NCBI GenBank assembly: GCA_902582315.1
Contig: CACHRP010000006.1
Coordinates: 3,713 to 67,712, forward strand
From: an uncultured Pelagibacteraceae bacterium
GTDB taxonomy: Bacteria; Pseudomonadota; Alphaproteobacteria; Pelagibacterales; Pelagibacteraceae
Length of the DNA: 64,000 bases
Direction: 5' to 3'
Every line of letters begins with the position of its first letter. The stretch's first letter is position 1. Shown here piece by piece: positions 1 to 10,462 of this stretch. The position numbers and the translations under genes were made by a program. The notes under the pieces are model-generated. The model saw nothing but the letters and a program-made list of their open reading frames with translations, had not been told where the DNA came from and did not search any database.

Positions 1-195
1 GAAGATGCGAGACCATTTAAAGTTGCAGAGAATATAACTCTTATGGTAATTGATCCAAAATCAGGGAAAAAAGCTTCATTTGGTTCAAAAAAAACTATAA
101 TTGAAGTTTTTAAAAAAAAAGATTTAGATCAAAACAATAAAAATATGATATTAAATAATAGATTAAATAATAATAATATTCTAAGATTTTATTAA
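1..195 (+). CDS. 3' end of a CDS truncated by the window start, probably penicillin-binding protein 1A
   Basis: Frame 1 is open from base 1 (EDARPFKVAENITLMVIDPKSGKKA...ILRFY*); its TAA (193-195) overlaps the prfB ATG. Identity inferred from the usual alphaproteobacterial pbp1A-prfB order. Confidence 0.5.
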   Translation, partial: EDARPFKVAENITLMVIDPKSGKKASFGSKKTIIEVFKKKDLDQNNKNMILNNRLNNNNILRFY

Positions 196-1284
196 TGGAT
201 AACGACTTTATAAAACAGAAGCAGGAAATTGAAAAAATTAATCAAAGAATAAAGGAGTTTCTTTGAAAAGAATAATATCCGTTCAACAGTTGAAAAAAAT
301 AACAAAAAAATATTAGAACCTGATTTTTGGAAGAATAAAGATTTAGCTCAAAAAGTAATTAAAGAAAAAAATTTTTACGAAGATTTATTAAAATCGTATG
401 AAAATTCCAAAAAAGAAATTCAAGACTTCTCTGATTTATACAATTTAGCAGCTGAGGAAAATAATCAAAATATAATAAAAGATTTAATTAAAAACTCTAA
501 AGAACTTAAGACTAAATGCAAAAAAAATGAGGTCAAATGCTTTTTATCAAACGAAAGTGATATTTTAGATTGTTATATTGAAATACACGCAGGTGCCGGA
601 GGCACAGAAAGCCAAGACTGGGCAGAAATGCTAAAAAGAATGTATCAAAAATGGGCTCAGAACAAAAAATATAAATCAGTGGTTATTAGCGAACACAAAG
701 GTGATGAGGCTGGCATAAAATCTTCAACTATTCAAATACACGGAGAATACTTATATGGATGGCTTAAATCAGAGTCTGGTATCCACAGGCTAGTGAGAGT
801 TTCACCTTTTGACTCTGGAGCACGAAGACACACTAGTTTTGCAAGTGTGTGGGTATATCCAATAATAGACGACAGCATAGAAATTGAGATAAAGGAAAAA
901 GATTTAAGAATTGATACTTACAGGTCTAGTGGTGCAGGTGGGCAACACGTGAATACAACTGATAGTGCAGTAAGAATAACTCACTTACCAACAAAAATTG
1001 TTGTTCAGTGTCAAAATGAAAGATCACAGCACAAAAATAAAGAAACTTGCATGAGAATGCTTAAGGCTAGATTGTATGATTTTGAATTAAAAAAAAAGGA
1101 AAAGGAGGCTCAAAACTTGGAGAGTGAAAAAACCGATATAGGTTGGGGGCACCAAATTAGGTCTTACATTTTACATCCATATAGACTTGTCAAAGACAAT
1201 AGGACTAATCATGAAAGCTCTGATCCGGATAAGGTTTTAAATGGAGAAATAGACTCTTTTTTAGAAAGCTCTTTATATAAATAG
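195..1284 (+). CDS. prfB: Peptide chain release factor 2, made via programmed +1 frameshift
   Basis: ATG at 195, 23 codons to CTT-TGA (261-266) with SD-like AAGGAG just upstream. The +1 frame stays open into track ORF 628-1284, which has the RF2 SPF tripeptide and GGQ motif (GAGGQHVN). Confidence 0.95.
252..267 (+). promoter_or_regulatory. prfB +1 ribosomal frameshift site (AAGGAG-TTT-CTT-TGA-A)
   Basis: Internal SD, CTT slippery codon and in-frame TGA match the known RF2 autoregulatory site. Confidence 0.9.
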
Positions 1285-3459
1285 ATGATTAAAAGAATAT
1301 TTTATATATTATTATTTTTTATTATAGGTTCAATTATTTACCTAAACTTTATAGGTATTAGTACCAGTAAATTAAATAAAATAATACAAACGGAAATTAG
1401 AGATAAATATCCACAAATCAATTTGAAATTAAATGACATTAAAATACTTCTAAATATTTCAACACTTTCTATTGATTTAGAGACTGATTATCCAATTATT
1501 TTATTAGAGAACGAGAAAATAAAATTAAAAAAAATTTCAACTACTTATGATCTGAAATCTTTTTTGAAAAGGGAATTTGCAATAAAATATTTATTTATAG
1601 ATAGTCAAAAAAATCAAATTAAAGAAATTACTAAACTTGCAAGATCTTATAAAGATAGTGCTCAATTATTAATAATTGAAAAAATTGTAAAAACTGGAGA
1701 AGTTGAAATTTCTATAAAATTAAATTTTGATCAAAATGGAGTATTAAAAGATGATAAATATGAGATTACAGCTGATGTTGAAAATTTATCCATAGATTTT
1801 TTTAATAAACAAAAAATTGGAAAAATATCAGGTAATTTAAAATATTCTGAAAATAAAATTCAAATTACAAATCTCGAATCTGAATATAAGGGCTTGAAGC
1901 TTCTTTCAAAAAAAATTCTTATAAGTAAAAAAAATCAAAATTATATAGTCGAAGGCACTATCGATAGTAAAGAAAACATAATACCGAAATCAATAACAAA
2001 TATATTTATTAAAAATGAAAATATAAAAAATATCCATTTATCTTCAAAAAATAATTTTAATTTTAATTTATCAAAAAAATTTAAAATAACAGATTTAAAA
2101 TTTAATTCTAAGATAAACCTAAAAAAAGCTGAATATGAGGATGAACGAAATATTAAAAAATATTTTCCAAATTATGATAATAAAATTACTCTTTTAGATC
2201 AAACTATAAATATTAATTTTGAAAAGAAAATATTAATAGAGGGTTTTGGTGATCTTCAAGTCGGAGAAAAATTAGATGATGTTAAATATAATTTAGAAAT
2301 AAATAAGGAAGATATAAAATTTGATATCAATTTAGATATCAGTGAAATTCCTTTTAAGATAGATCTTATTAATTTTGCAAAGAATGACAATGAAGTTGCA
2401 AATTTAAAAATTATTGGCGGGAAAAAGAACAACAATTTCTTTTTAAATAAAATAATTTTAAAAAAAAATAACGATATAATAAAATTAAATAATATTTATT
2501 TTTCAAAAAATTTTCAAATCACAGATTTTCAAAAAATTAATTTAAAATATCTAGATATTGATAATAAAAAAAATGACATCTCAATAGTTAAGAATAAAAA
2601 AAATAGTTATATTATTGAAGGTAATAGCTTTAATTTAAATAAGATAATAGATCAAATTTTGTTTGATAATACAAATGAAACAATGATCTTTGATAATAAA
2701 GAAAGAATTTTTGATTTAAAATTCAAAAAAAATTTTTTAGACTCAGACCATCATATTTTAAACCTGGAAGGAAACATTAAACTAAATGGTAATGATGTTT
2801 ATGATATGTCATTAAAATCCTCATTTCCAAATAAAGATACTGTATCAATTACCGTTAAGACAAAAGGTGGACAAAAAGTAACAACTTTTTATTCAGATCA
2901 AGCTAAGCCTTTTGTTAAAAAATATAAATTTGTTAAGGGTTTTGAAGGTGGAAAAATTGATTTTTATTCAGTTAAGGAAAATAGAGTTTCCAAATCACAA
3001 CTAAAGATTTTCGAATTCAGTCTCAAGGAGTTACCTGCGTTAACGAAAATTCTTACACTTGCATCTTTGCAAGGTATTGCGGATATTCTATCAGGAGAGG
3101 GGGTAGGGTTTGATGAATTAGAAATGAATTTTACAAACAAAAAAAACCTTATGGAGATTGATGAAATTTATGCCATTGGACCTGCAATTTCAATTTTAAT
3201 GGAAGGTTATGTTGAAAAAAATAAAATAATAAGTTTAAGAGGTACCTTAGTACCTGCAACTACAATTAATAAATTTGTTGGATCTATACCAATTTTGGGA
3301 GATATTTTAGTTGGAAAAAAAACAGGTGAAGGTGTATTTGGTGTAAGTTTTAAACTGAAGGGTCCACCTAAAAATATAAAAACAACAGTAAACCCAATTA
3401 AAACGTTAACACCTAGATTTATAACAAGAACATTAGAAAAAATTAAGAAAACAAACTAG
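1285..3459 (+). CDS. AsmA-like/YhdP-type envelope protein (N-terminal membrane anchor, AsmA_2-like C-terminus)
   Basis: 724 aa; N-terminal TM; C-terminal G.GF..L...F, GPAISI..EG.V, GTLVPA...N, GEG.FGVSF..KGP motifs. Confidence 0.65.
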   Translation: MIKRIFYILLFFIIGSIIYLNFIGISTSKLNKIIQTEIRDKYPQINLKLNDIKILLNISTLSIDLETDYPIILLENEKIKLKKISTTYDLKSFLKREFAIKYLFIDSQKNQIKEITKLARSYKDSAQLLIIEKIVKTGEVEISIKLNFDQNGVLKDDKYEITADVENLSIDFFNKQKIGKISGNLKYSENKIQITNLESEYKGLKLLSKKILISKKNQNYIVEGTIDSKENIIPKSITNIFIKNENIKNIHLSSKNNFNFNLSKKFKITDLKFNSKINLKKAEYEDERNIKKYFPNYDNKITLLDQTININFEKKILIEGFGDLQVGEKLDDVKYNLEINKEDIKFDINLDISEIPFKIDLINFAKNDNEVANLKIIGGKKNNNFFLNKIILKKNNDIIKLNNIYFSKNFQITDFQKINLKYLDIDNKKNDISIVKNKKNSYIIEGNSFNLNKIIDQILFDNTNETMIFDNKERIFDLKFKKNFLDSDHHILNLEGNIKLNGNDVYDMSLKSSFPNKDTVSITVKTKGGQKVTTFYSDQAKPFVKKYKFVKGFEGGKIDFYSVKENRVSKSQLKIFEFSLKELPALTKILTLASLQGIADILSGEGVGFDELEMNFTNKKNLMEIDEIYAIGPAISILMEGYVEKNKIISLRGTLVPATTINKFVGSIPILGDILVGKKTGEGVFGVSFKLKGPPKNIKTTVNPIKTLTPRFITRTLEKIKKTN

Positions 3460-4691
3460 TTTATCTTGATTATCACATGTTTTTTTTTTCCAAGTGATAG
3501 TTTTAAGAAATTATGGTTGTTAAAATTTTTTAATGATATCTCTAAATTTTGGTCTTCAATTGTTTGATTATTAATTTTTATACCTTTATTGTTAATTATT
3601 CTTCTTACCTCGCTTTTTGAAGCTAATAGATTTGAAACAATCACAAGATCAATAATTTTCATACCATTTTCTAATTTTTTTTTATCTATTTTGATTGTTG
3701 GCAAACCATCCCCAACCGAACCAGATCCAAAAGTTTTTTTTGCTGTTTGCTCTGCTTTTTCAGCAGATGATTTTCCATGTAACATTGCAGTCGCTTCATT
3801 TGCTAATAAAATTTTCAATTCATTAATATTATGGTTTTTAATTTCTTCAATTTTTTTTAAACTTAGGTCAGTAAACATTTTGAGAAATTTAATTACATCT
3901 CTGTCATCTGTATTTCTCCAAAATTGCCAATAATCATATGGAGACAATAATGATTTGTCTAACCATACTGCTCCACTTTCTGTTTTGCCCATTTTTGCTC
4001 CAGAGGCTAAGGTTATTAAGGGAGTTGTTAATCCAAAAGATTGTTTACCAGAGTATCTTTTTATTAGTTCAACTCCATTAACTATATTACCCCACTGATC
4101 AGAACCACCAATCTGCATAATACAATTTTTATTTTTATTTAGTTCTAAAAAATCGTATGCTTGAAGTATCATATAATTAAATTCCATGTAGCTCAAAGAC
4201 TGTTCGCGATCTAGCCTCAATTTTACACTGTCGAAGGTTAACATTTTATTAATTGTAAAATGTTTTCCTATTTCCCTCAAAAATTTAATGTAATTGAGTT
4301 TTCCAAGCCACTTGTAATTATTTACAAATATTGGCTTTATTTTTGTGTTACTAGTTTTTAAAAAAATATTAAATACTTTTTTAATGTTTTTAATGTTAGA
4401 TTCTATTTCTTTATCTGATAACATTTTTCTAGTTTCATCTTTACCAGATGGATCGCCAATTCTTGTTGTGCCACCTCCCAACAAAACTATCGGTTGATGT
4501 CCATACTTTTGAAGCATTCTTAAGCACATTATTTGCAAAAGACTGCCGACATGTAAACTTTTTGCTGTACAATCAAAACCTATGTAGGCCCTAATAGATT
4601 TTGTACTTATAAATTCATTTAATGCATCAAAATCAGTGCATTGATTGTAGTATTCTCTTTGTTTGAATTCTGTTAAGAACGATTTGTCCAT
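3456..4691 (-). CDS. tyrS: Tyrosine--tRNA ligase
   Basis: YIGFDCTAKSLHVGS, QIGGSDQWGN, KMGKT motifs and C-terminal S4 domain. Confidence 0.97.
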   Translation of the reverse strand: MDKSFLTEFKQREYYNQCTDFDALNEFISTKSIRAYIGFDCTAKSLHVGSLLQIMCLRMLQKYGHQPIVLLGGGTTRIGDPSGKDETRKMLSDKEIESNIKNIKKVFNIFLKTSNTKIKPIFVNNYKWLGKLNYIKFLREIGKHFTINKMLTFDSVKLRLDREQSLSYMEFNYMILQAYDFLELNKNKNCIMQIGGSDQWGNIVNGVELIKRYSGKQSFGLTTPLITLASGAKMGKTESGAVWLDKSLLSPYDYWQFWRNTDDRDVIKFLKMFTDLSLKKIEEIKNHNINELKILLANEATAMLHGKSSAEKAEQTAKKTFGSGSVGDGLPTIKIDKKKLENGMKIIDLVIVSNLLASKSEVRRIINNKGIKINNQTIEDQNLEISLKNFNNHNFLKLSLGKKKHVIIKIN

Positions 4692-4750
4692 TTTTTTAAA
4701 AAAAGTGTAAAATTAATATACTTGATATTTAAAGTAATTAAAAAATATTT

Positions 4751-5827
4751 ATGAGCAAAAATTTTTATTGTTTAGGTATGATGAGCGGAACGTCAATGGA
4801 TGGTATTGATGGGTCAATAATATATTCAAATGGTATTGATAATTTTGAGGTAATTGAAAACTTTTATTGCAAATACGATAATATTTTTAACAATAAACTG
4901 TCTGATATTAGAAATAAAATAGTCAATCTTAAAGACTTAAAATATCATGAAAACGAATTAAATAAGCTTGAGAGAGAAATAACTATTTTACATGCAAAAT
5001 TTGCTAATAAAATATTAAAAAATTCAAATAATGAAATCGATTTGATTGGTTTTCATGGACACACTATTTATCATAATCCAGAAGAAAAAATATCGAAACA
5101 ATTAGGAGATGGCAGACTTTTATCACAATTACTGAAAAAAAAAATAGCATATAATTTTAGAGAAAATGATATTAACAATAATGGAAATGGTGCTCCACTA
5201 GCACCAATTTATCATTCTGCAATAGCAAAAAAAATTAAAAAAAATAATATTGTTTTTTTAAATATAGGTGGGATTGCAAATGAAACTTTCATAGATGAAA
5301 AATATAAATTTAGCGCTAAAGATTTAGGACCAGGTAATTGTCTTTTAGATTTATGGATAAGACAAAAAACTAAAAATAGATATGATAAAAACGGTCTTGT
5401 CGCTAGATCAGGTAAAGTGAATAAAATTTTATTGGATCAATCATTAGACATTTATTTTAATAATGAAATAATCAATAAAAGAAGTTATGACATAAATGAT
5501 TTCGATATTTCAAGATTTAGAGGGTTAACTGTTGAAGATGGTGCTGCAACTATAGTTGAGTATACAATTGAAATAATTGCAAATAAAATAACCTCTAAAA
5601 ATATTATTGTTTGTGGCGGTGGTAGAAAAAATAAGTATTTATTGGAAAGATTAGAGAATAAAATTAAAAATAAAATAGTAAATATTGATGATTTTAAAAT
5701 AGATGGAGATTTTGTAGAGTCCCAAGCTTTTGCATACCTTGCTATCAGATCACTTCTAAATTTAGATATTTCTTTCCCTTCCACGACTGGGTGCAACAAT
5801 GATACGACAGGAGGAACAATTATTTGA
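4751..5827 (+). CDS. anmK: Anhydro-N-acetylmuramic acid kinase
   Basis: GMMSGTSMDGID, GFHGHT, GNGAPLAP, NIGGIAN, DLGPGN, CGGGRKN, ESQAFAYLA motifs. Confidence 0.93.
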   Translation: MSKNFYCLGMMSGTSMDGIDGSIIYSNGIDNFEVIENFYCKYDNIFNNKLSDIRNKIVNLKDLKYHENELNKLEREITILHAKFANKILKNSNNEIDLIGFHGHTIYHNPEEKISKQLGDGRLLSQLLKKKIAYNFRENDINNNGNGAPLAPIYHSAIAKKIKKNNIVFLNIGGIANETFIDEKYKFSAKDLGPGNCLLDLWIRQKTKNRYDKNGLVARSGKVNKILLDQSLDIYFNNEIINKRSYDINDFDISRFRGLTVEDGAATIVEYTIEIIANKITSKNIIVCGGGRKNKYLLERLENKIKNKIVNIDDFKIDGDFVESQAFAYLAIRSLLNLDISFPSTTGCNNDTTGGTII

Positions 5828-5831
5828 TTAT

Positions 5832-6488
5832 TTAAAAAATAGTTGTTTCTTTCTTTATATACTTGTTTATAGTTTTAACTAAATCTTTCTCCGACTTTGA
5901 AAAGAAATGATTAGCCTCAGACAATGACTGAAATTCAACCTTAATACCTTTTTGCGCACTTAATCTTTTATCTAACTCATTTATATATTCTACAGGTACA
6001 AGTTCATCTTTTTTTCCGTATACCATTAAACCTGAAGTGGGACAGGGTGAAAGAAAAGAAAAATCATATACATTTGGTTGAGGTGAAATTGCTATAAAGC
6101 GATTTATTTCAGGTCTTCTCATTAATAATTGCATAGCAATTAAAGAACCAAAAGAAAAACCAGATACCCAACATTGGGAATTATCTAAGTTTTCTCTTTC
6201 TAGCCAATCAAGAGCGGCAGCAGCGTCTGCAAGTTCACCTTGCCCATTGTCAAAATCTCCGTCGCTTCTTCCAACTCCTCTAAAGTTTACTCTACAAACG
6301 GAAAAATTATTTTCCATAAAAGTATGAAATGTATCAACCACAACTTTATTGTTCATTGTTCCACCATACTGAGGATGTGGTTGAAGCACTAAAGCAATTG
6401 GTGATGTATTTTTTTTACTCTTAAAATATTTTGCTTCTAGTCTGCCCGCTGGTCCCGGAATAAATATTTCTAAAATTTTACTATCCAT
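5832..6488 (-). CDS. Alpha/beta hydrolase, divergent from iscR-suf
   Basis: PHPQYGGTMNN, NFRGVG.S.G, GFSFG nucleophile elbow, catalytic D and ANHFF His. Confidence 0.85.
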   Translation of the reverse strand: MDSKILEIFIPGPAGRLEAKYFKSKKNTSPIALVLQPHPQYGGTMNNKVVVDTFHTFMENNFSVCRVNFRGVGRSDGDFDNGQGELADAAAALDWLERENLDNSQCWVSGFSFGSLIAMQLLMRRPEINRFIAISPQPNVYDFSFLSPCPTSGLMVYGKKDELVPVEYINELDKRLSAQKGIKVEFQSLSEANHFFSKSEKDLVKTINKYIKKETTIF

Positions 6489-6571
6489 AAATGTTAATGC
6501 GAACTATTCTCACAAAAAAACTTTGTTTAACACATACCCATGACAATTTGCGAGTCTTTTTAATTTTTGTA

Positions 6572-6596
6572 ATACTTGACTATTTTAGTCGGGTAT
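6572..6596. promoter_or_regulatory. Type-1 IscR binding site overlapping the -35 (TTGACT, 6576-6581) of the iscR-suf promoter
   Basis: ATACTTGACTATTTTAGTCGGGTAT matches ATASYYGACTRwwwYAGTCRRSTAT at every position. Confidence 0.88.
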
Positions 6597-6624
6597 ATAT
6601 ATAACCCGCGTAATTATTGATATT

Positions 6625-7047
6625 ATGAAGCTAAATACTAAATCTAGATATGCGGTTATGGCTTTGGCAGATATGTCAAAGTTTCCAATAAATAATCCTG
6701 TAAGTTTGAGGGATATTTCATTGAGACAAAGTATTTCATTGCTCTACCTAGAACAAATTTTTTTAAAATTAAAAAAAAATGAAATTGTAAAAAGTGTTCG
6801 TGGATCAAGTGGCGGATATGTTTTAAAAAGAGATCCAAAAAATATTAAGTTATCTGAAATATTCCAGGCTGTAGACCAAAAAGTAAAAACAGTTGGATGT
6901 AAAAAAGATTCAAAAAAAGGATGTAATGGAAAATCAGTAAAATGTATTACGCATGAGTTATGGGATGAACTTGATATATATATAAACAATTTTTTTGAGA
7001 ATAAAAATCTTAGTGATCTTTTAATGACTAAAGAGAGGAAAAACTAA
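6625..7047 (+). CDS. iscR: Rrf2-family Fe-S cluster regulator, IscR type
   Basis: RYAV.AL, YLEQIF, RG..GGY motifs; three Cys plus His (C-x7-C-x6-CITH). Confidence 0.85.
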   Translation: MKLNTKSRYAVMALADMSKFPINNPVSLRDISLRQSISLLYLEQIFLKLKKNEIVKSVRGSSGGYVLKRDPKNIKLSEIFQAVDQKVKTVGCKKDSKKGCNGKSVKCITHELWDELDIYINNFFENKNLSDLLMTKERKN

Positions 7048-8483
7048 TGGACGAAAAAAATTTAGATATTATTAAAGATTACAAGTACGGTTTTTCTACT
7101 GATATTGAAAATATAAAAGCACCAAAAGGTCTAAATGAAGAAGTAATCAAATTTATTTCAAATATAAAAAAAGAACCAAAATGGTTATTAGATTGGAGGC
7201 TTCAAGCTTACAAAAGATTAAAAGTTTTAAAAGAACCTGATTGGCAAAAACCTAAATATCCAAAAATAAATTATCAAGATTTGTATTATTATTCTGCACC
7301 AAAAAACTTTAATGAAAAGCCAAAAAAATTAGAAGACTTAGACCCTAAATTATTAGAAACTTACAAAAAACTGGGTATACCACTTGATGAACAAAAAAGA
7401 CTTAATGGTATTGCTGTAGATGCAGTATTTGACTCAGTATCAGTTGCTACGACATTCAAAGATACTTTAACTAAACATGGAATTATTTTTTGTTCAATAT
7501 CTGAGGCTGTTCAAAAACATCCAGACCTAGTTAAAAAATATTTAGGCACTGTGATTCCGATAACAGATCATTATTTTGCTACCTTGAATTCAGCAGTATT
7601 TACTGATGGTTCATTTGTTTACATCCCAGAGGGTGTTAGGTGTCCAATGGAATTGTCTACTTATTTTAGAATTAATGCGTCAGATACTGGACAGTTTGAA
7701 AGAACTTTAATTATTGCAGATAAAGGAAGTTATGTAAGTTATCTAGAAGGTTGTACAGCTCCTATGAGAGACGAAAATCAACTTCATGCAGCAAATGTTG
7801 AACTAATTGCATTAGATGATGCAGAAATAAAATATTCTACAGTTCAAAATTGGTACCCAGGAGATAAAGATGGGAAGGGTGGTATTTATAATTTTGTAAC
7901 GAAAAGAGGATTGTGCAAAGGAAGCAATTCAAAAATATCTTGGACACAAGTTGAAACTGGATCAGCTATTACTTGGAAATATCCAAGTTGCATACTCAAA
8001 GGTGATAATTCAATTGGTGAATTTTACTCAATCGCTATAACAAACAATCATCAAAAAGCAGATACTGGCACAAAAATGATACACTTAGGAAAAAATACGA
8101 AAAGTAAAATTATATCTAAAGGAATTAGTGCAGGGTTATCAGATATGACTTACAGAGGTTTGGTTGATATATCTCCTAATGCAGAAAATTCTAATAACTA
8201 TACTCAGTGCGACTCTCTTTTAATGGGAAACAAATGTGGAGCCCACACAATACCTTATATAAAAAATAAAAATTCAAATTCAAATATTGCTCATGAAGCA
8301 ACAACATCAAAGATTAGTGAAGACCAATTGCATTACTGTCAGCAGAGAGGCTTGAACCCAGAAGAGGCAGTTGGATTAATAGTAAATGGATTTTGTAAGG
8401 AAGTTCTCCAACAATTACCAATGGAATTTGCGGTTGAGGCTCAAAAACTAGTCGGTATCAGTCTAGAAGGAAGTGTAGGGTAA
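7047..8483 (+). CDS. sufB: Fe-S cluster assembly protein SufB
   Basis: [44 protein letters not shown] motifs. Confidence 0.97.
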   Translation: MDEKNLDIIKDYKYGFSTDIENIKAPKGLNEEVIKFISNIKKEPKWLLDWRLQAYKRLKVLKEPDWQKPKYPKINYQDLYYYSAPKNFNEKPKKLEDLDPKLLETYKKLGIPLDEQKRLNGIAVDAVFDSVSVATTFKDTLTKHGIIFCSISEAVQKHPDLVKKYLGTVIPITDHYFATLNSAVFTDGSFVYIPEGVRCPMELSTYFRINASDTGQFERTLIIADKGSYVSYLEGCTAPMRDENQLHAANVELIALDDAEIKYSTVQNWYPGDKDGKGGIYNFVTKRGLCKGSNSKISWTQVETGSAITWKYPSCILKGDNSIGEFYSIAITNNHQKADTGTKMIHLGKNTKSKIISKGISAGLSDMTYRGLVDISPNAENSNNYTQCDSLLMGNKCGAHTIPYIKNKNSNSNIAHEATTSKISEDQLHYCQQRGLNPEEAVGLIVNGFCKEVLQQLPMEFAVEAQKLVGISLEGSVG

Positions 8484-9217
8484 TGTTAAAAATTAACAAT
8501 TTAAAAGCTAATATAGATAAAAAGTCTATCCTAAACGGGTTTAATTTGGAAATTAAAGCTGGTGAAGTTCATGCAATTATGGGCCCAAATGGATCAGGAA
8601 AAAGTACATTATCTAACATTTTATCAGGAAAAAAAGGATACGAAGTATCAGGCGAGGTACTATTTGAAAATAAAGATCTTTTTGAACTTGAAACAGAGGA
8701 AAGAGCTCATAAAGGTATCTTTTTAGCATTTCAATACCCACTAGAAATTCCAGGTGTAAATACAAATATTTTTCTTAAAACATCTTTAAACGCAATAAGA
8801 AAAGCAAGAGGAGAAAAAGAATTAGACGCAATTGAATTTCTTAAAGTTGTTAAAGAAAAATCAAAAGAATTGAAATTTGACGAAGAAAAATTAAGTAGAC
8901 AACTAAATGTAGGTTTTTCTGGAGGTGAAAAAAAGAAAAATGAAATTTTACAAATGTCTATATTGAATCCAAAATTATCAATTCTTGATGAAACAGATTC
9001 AGGATTAGACATTGATGCACTAAAAATAGTTGCTAATGGGGTAAACTCTTTAAGAAAGAAGAATAATGCATTCTTAATTATTACTCATTACCAAAGGCTG
9101 CTTGATTATATCAAACCTGATTTTGTCCATGTTTTAATTGATGGTAAAATTAAAAAATCAGGTGGACCTGAATTAGCATTGGAGCTTGAAAGTAAAGGAT
9201 ACGAAAATATTAATTAA
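8483..9217 (+). CDS. sufC: Fe-S cluster assembly ATPase SufC
   Basis: GPNGSGKST, FQYP.EIPG, FSGGEKK, LDETDSGLDIDAL motifs. Confidence 0.97.
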   Translation: MLKINNLKANIDKKSILNGFNLEIKAGEVHAIMGPNGSGKSTLSNILSGKKGYEVSGEVLFENKDLFELETEERAHKGIFLAFQYPLEIPGVNTNIFLKTSLNAIRKARGEKELDAIEFLKVVKEKSKELKFDEEKLSRQLNVGFSGGEKKKNEILQMSILNPKLSILDETDSGLDIDALKIVANGVNSLRKKNNAFLIITHYQRLLDYIKPDFVHVLIDGKIKKSGGPELALELESKGYENIN

Positions 9218-10462
9218 ATGGAAAATAAAATTAAAATAGATTTTGATAAAACCTTTAAAAATTATTCGTCAAATGATGAATTAGATTTTAAAAAGAATAA
9301 CTTAGAAAATTTTATAAAAGAAGGTTTACCAGGAAGAAAATTAGAAAGTTGGAAATTTTCAGATTTAAACCAAATTATAAATAAGAATATTGGAGAATTA
9401 AATTTTTATATAGATCAATCAAAAGAAAATTTAATTGATAATGCTTTAATTATTAAAGACTTTGATCACAATAAAATAGTATTTATTAACGGCAAAGTAG
9501 AAGAATTAGATTTTAGTTTTGAGGATAAAGATAAAGTAAAAATATTAAAAGAGTTTGATATGAGCATAAAAATTAAAAGTAAAAACTCACTCTTAAATTT
9601 AAATAATGCATTTTGTAAAAATTTTTACAAAATTAATATTTCAAAAAATTATACCATGAACAAGCCATTAATAATTTATCATGTTTCAACCAATAATATC
9701 AGTTCAACAACATTAAATTCCCAATTAAATTTTATTTTAGAAGAAAACAGTTCTTTAAAAATAGTTGATATTTATGAAGATAAAAGTGAAAAAAATTTTA
9801 TTAATACATTTTATAATTTTATTTTAAAAGAAAATGCAATCTTAAAAAACTTTAAAATTGATAAATTACAGAATAGTAATATAAAGTATTCGTATAATAA
9901 TATTGATCAATTAAAGAATAGTGTTTCAGAAACATTTATTTTATCCAATGGTTCAAAATTTTTAAAAAACGAAATCAATTGTAATTTAAATGGCCAATAT
10001 TCATCTGCATTTATAAATGGAGTATTTTCATTAGATGCTGATAAGCATCATGAAATTAGGACGTCTGTTAATCACTTAGTTGAAAATACAAAAAGTTATC
10101 AACTAATTAAAAGTGTTCTTGATGATAAATCTAAGTCTGTATATCAAGGTAAAATTTATGTAAGTCCAAATGCACAGAAAACTGATGGCTATCAATTAAG
10201 TAAATGTATTCTATTAGATAAAAATACTGAGTTTAATGCAAAGCCTGAACTAGAGATATATGCTGACGATGTAAAATGTTCACACGGTTCTGCATCTGGA
10301 AGCCTCAATGAAAATTCAATATTTTATTTAAGATCTAGAGGACTAAATTACAAGCAAGCCAAAAAACTTTTAATTAGTGGTTTTTTCCTTGATGTAATTG
10401 AGAAAATTACTGATGAGGAAATTAAAAGTTTTATAAAGAAAACTATGGAATTAAATCAATGA
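9218..10462 (+). CDS. sufD: Fe-S cluster assembly protein SufD
   Basis: E.WKFSDL, AQKTDGYQ, KPELEIYADDVKCSHG, FYLRSRG motifs. Confidence 0.93.
   Translation: MENKIKIDFDKTFKNYSSNDELDFKKNNLENFIKEGLPGRKLESWKFSDLNQIINKNIGELNFYIDQSKENLIDNALIIKDFDHNKIVFINGKVEELDFSFEDKDKVKILKEFDMSIKIKSKNSLLNLNNAFCKNFYKINISKNYTMNKPLIIYHVSTNNISSTTLNSQLNFILEENSSLKIVDIYEDKSEKNFINTFYNFILKENAILKNFKIDKLQNSNIKYSYNNIDQLKNSVSETFILSNGSKFLKNEINCNLNGQYSSAFINGVFSLDADKHHEIRTSVNHLVENTKSYQLIKSVLDDKSKSVYQGKIYVSPNAQKTDGYQLSKCILLDKNTEFNAKPELEIYADDVKCSHGSASGSLNENSIFYLRSRGLNYKQAKKLLISGFFLDVIEKITDEEIKSFIKKTMELNQ

Noticed and set aside
264-266. In-frame TGA read as selenocysteine or a pseudogene lesion
   Set aside because: Fully explained by the known prfB programmed frameshift.
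3589-3933. Antisense or alternate-frame track ORFs (e.g. 3589-3933, 5485-5799, 17477-17881, 22680-23048, 29191-29565, 44367-44660, 63710-63997)
   Set aside because: They lie wholly within well-supported genes, have no motifs, and are typical shadow ORFs.
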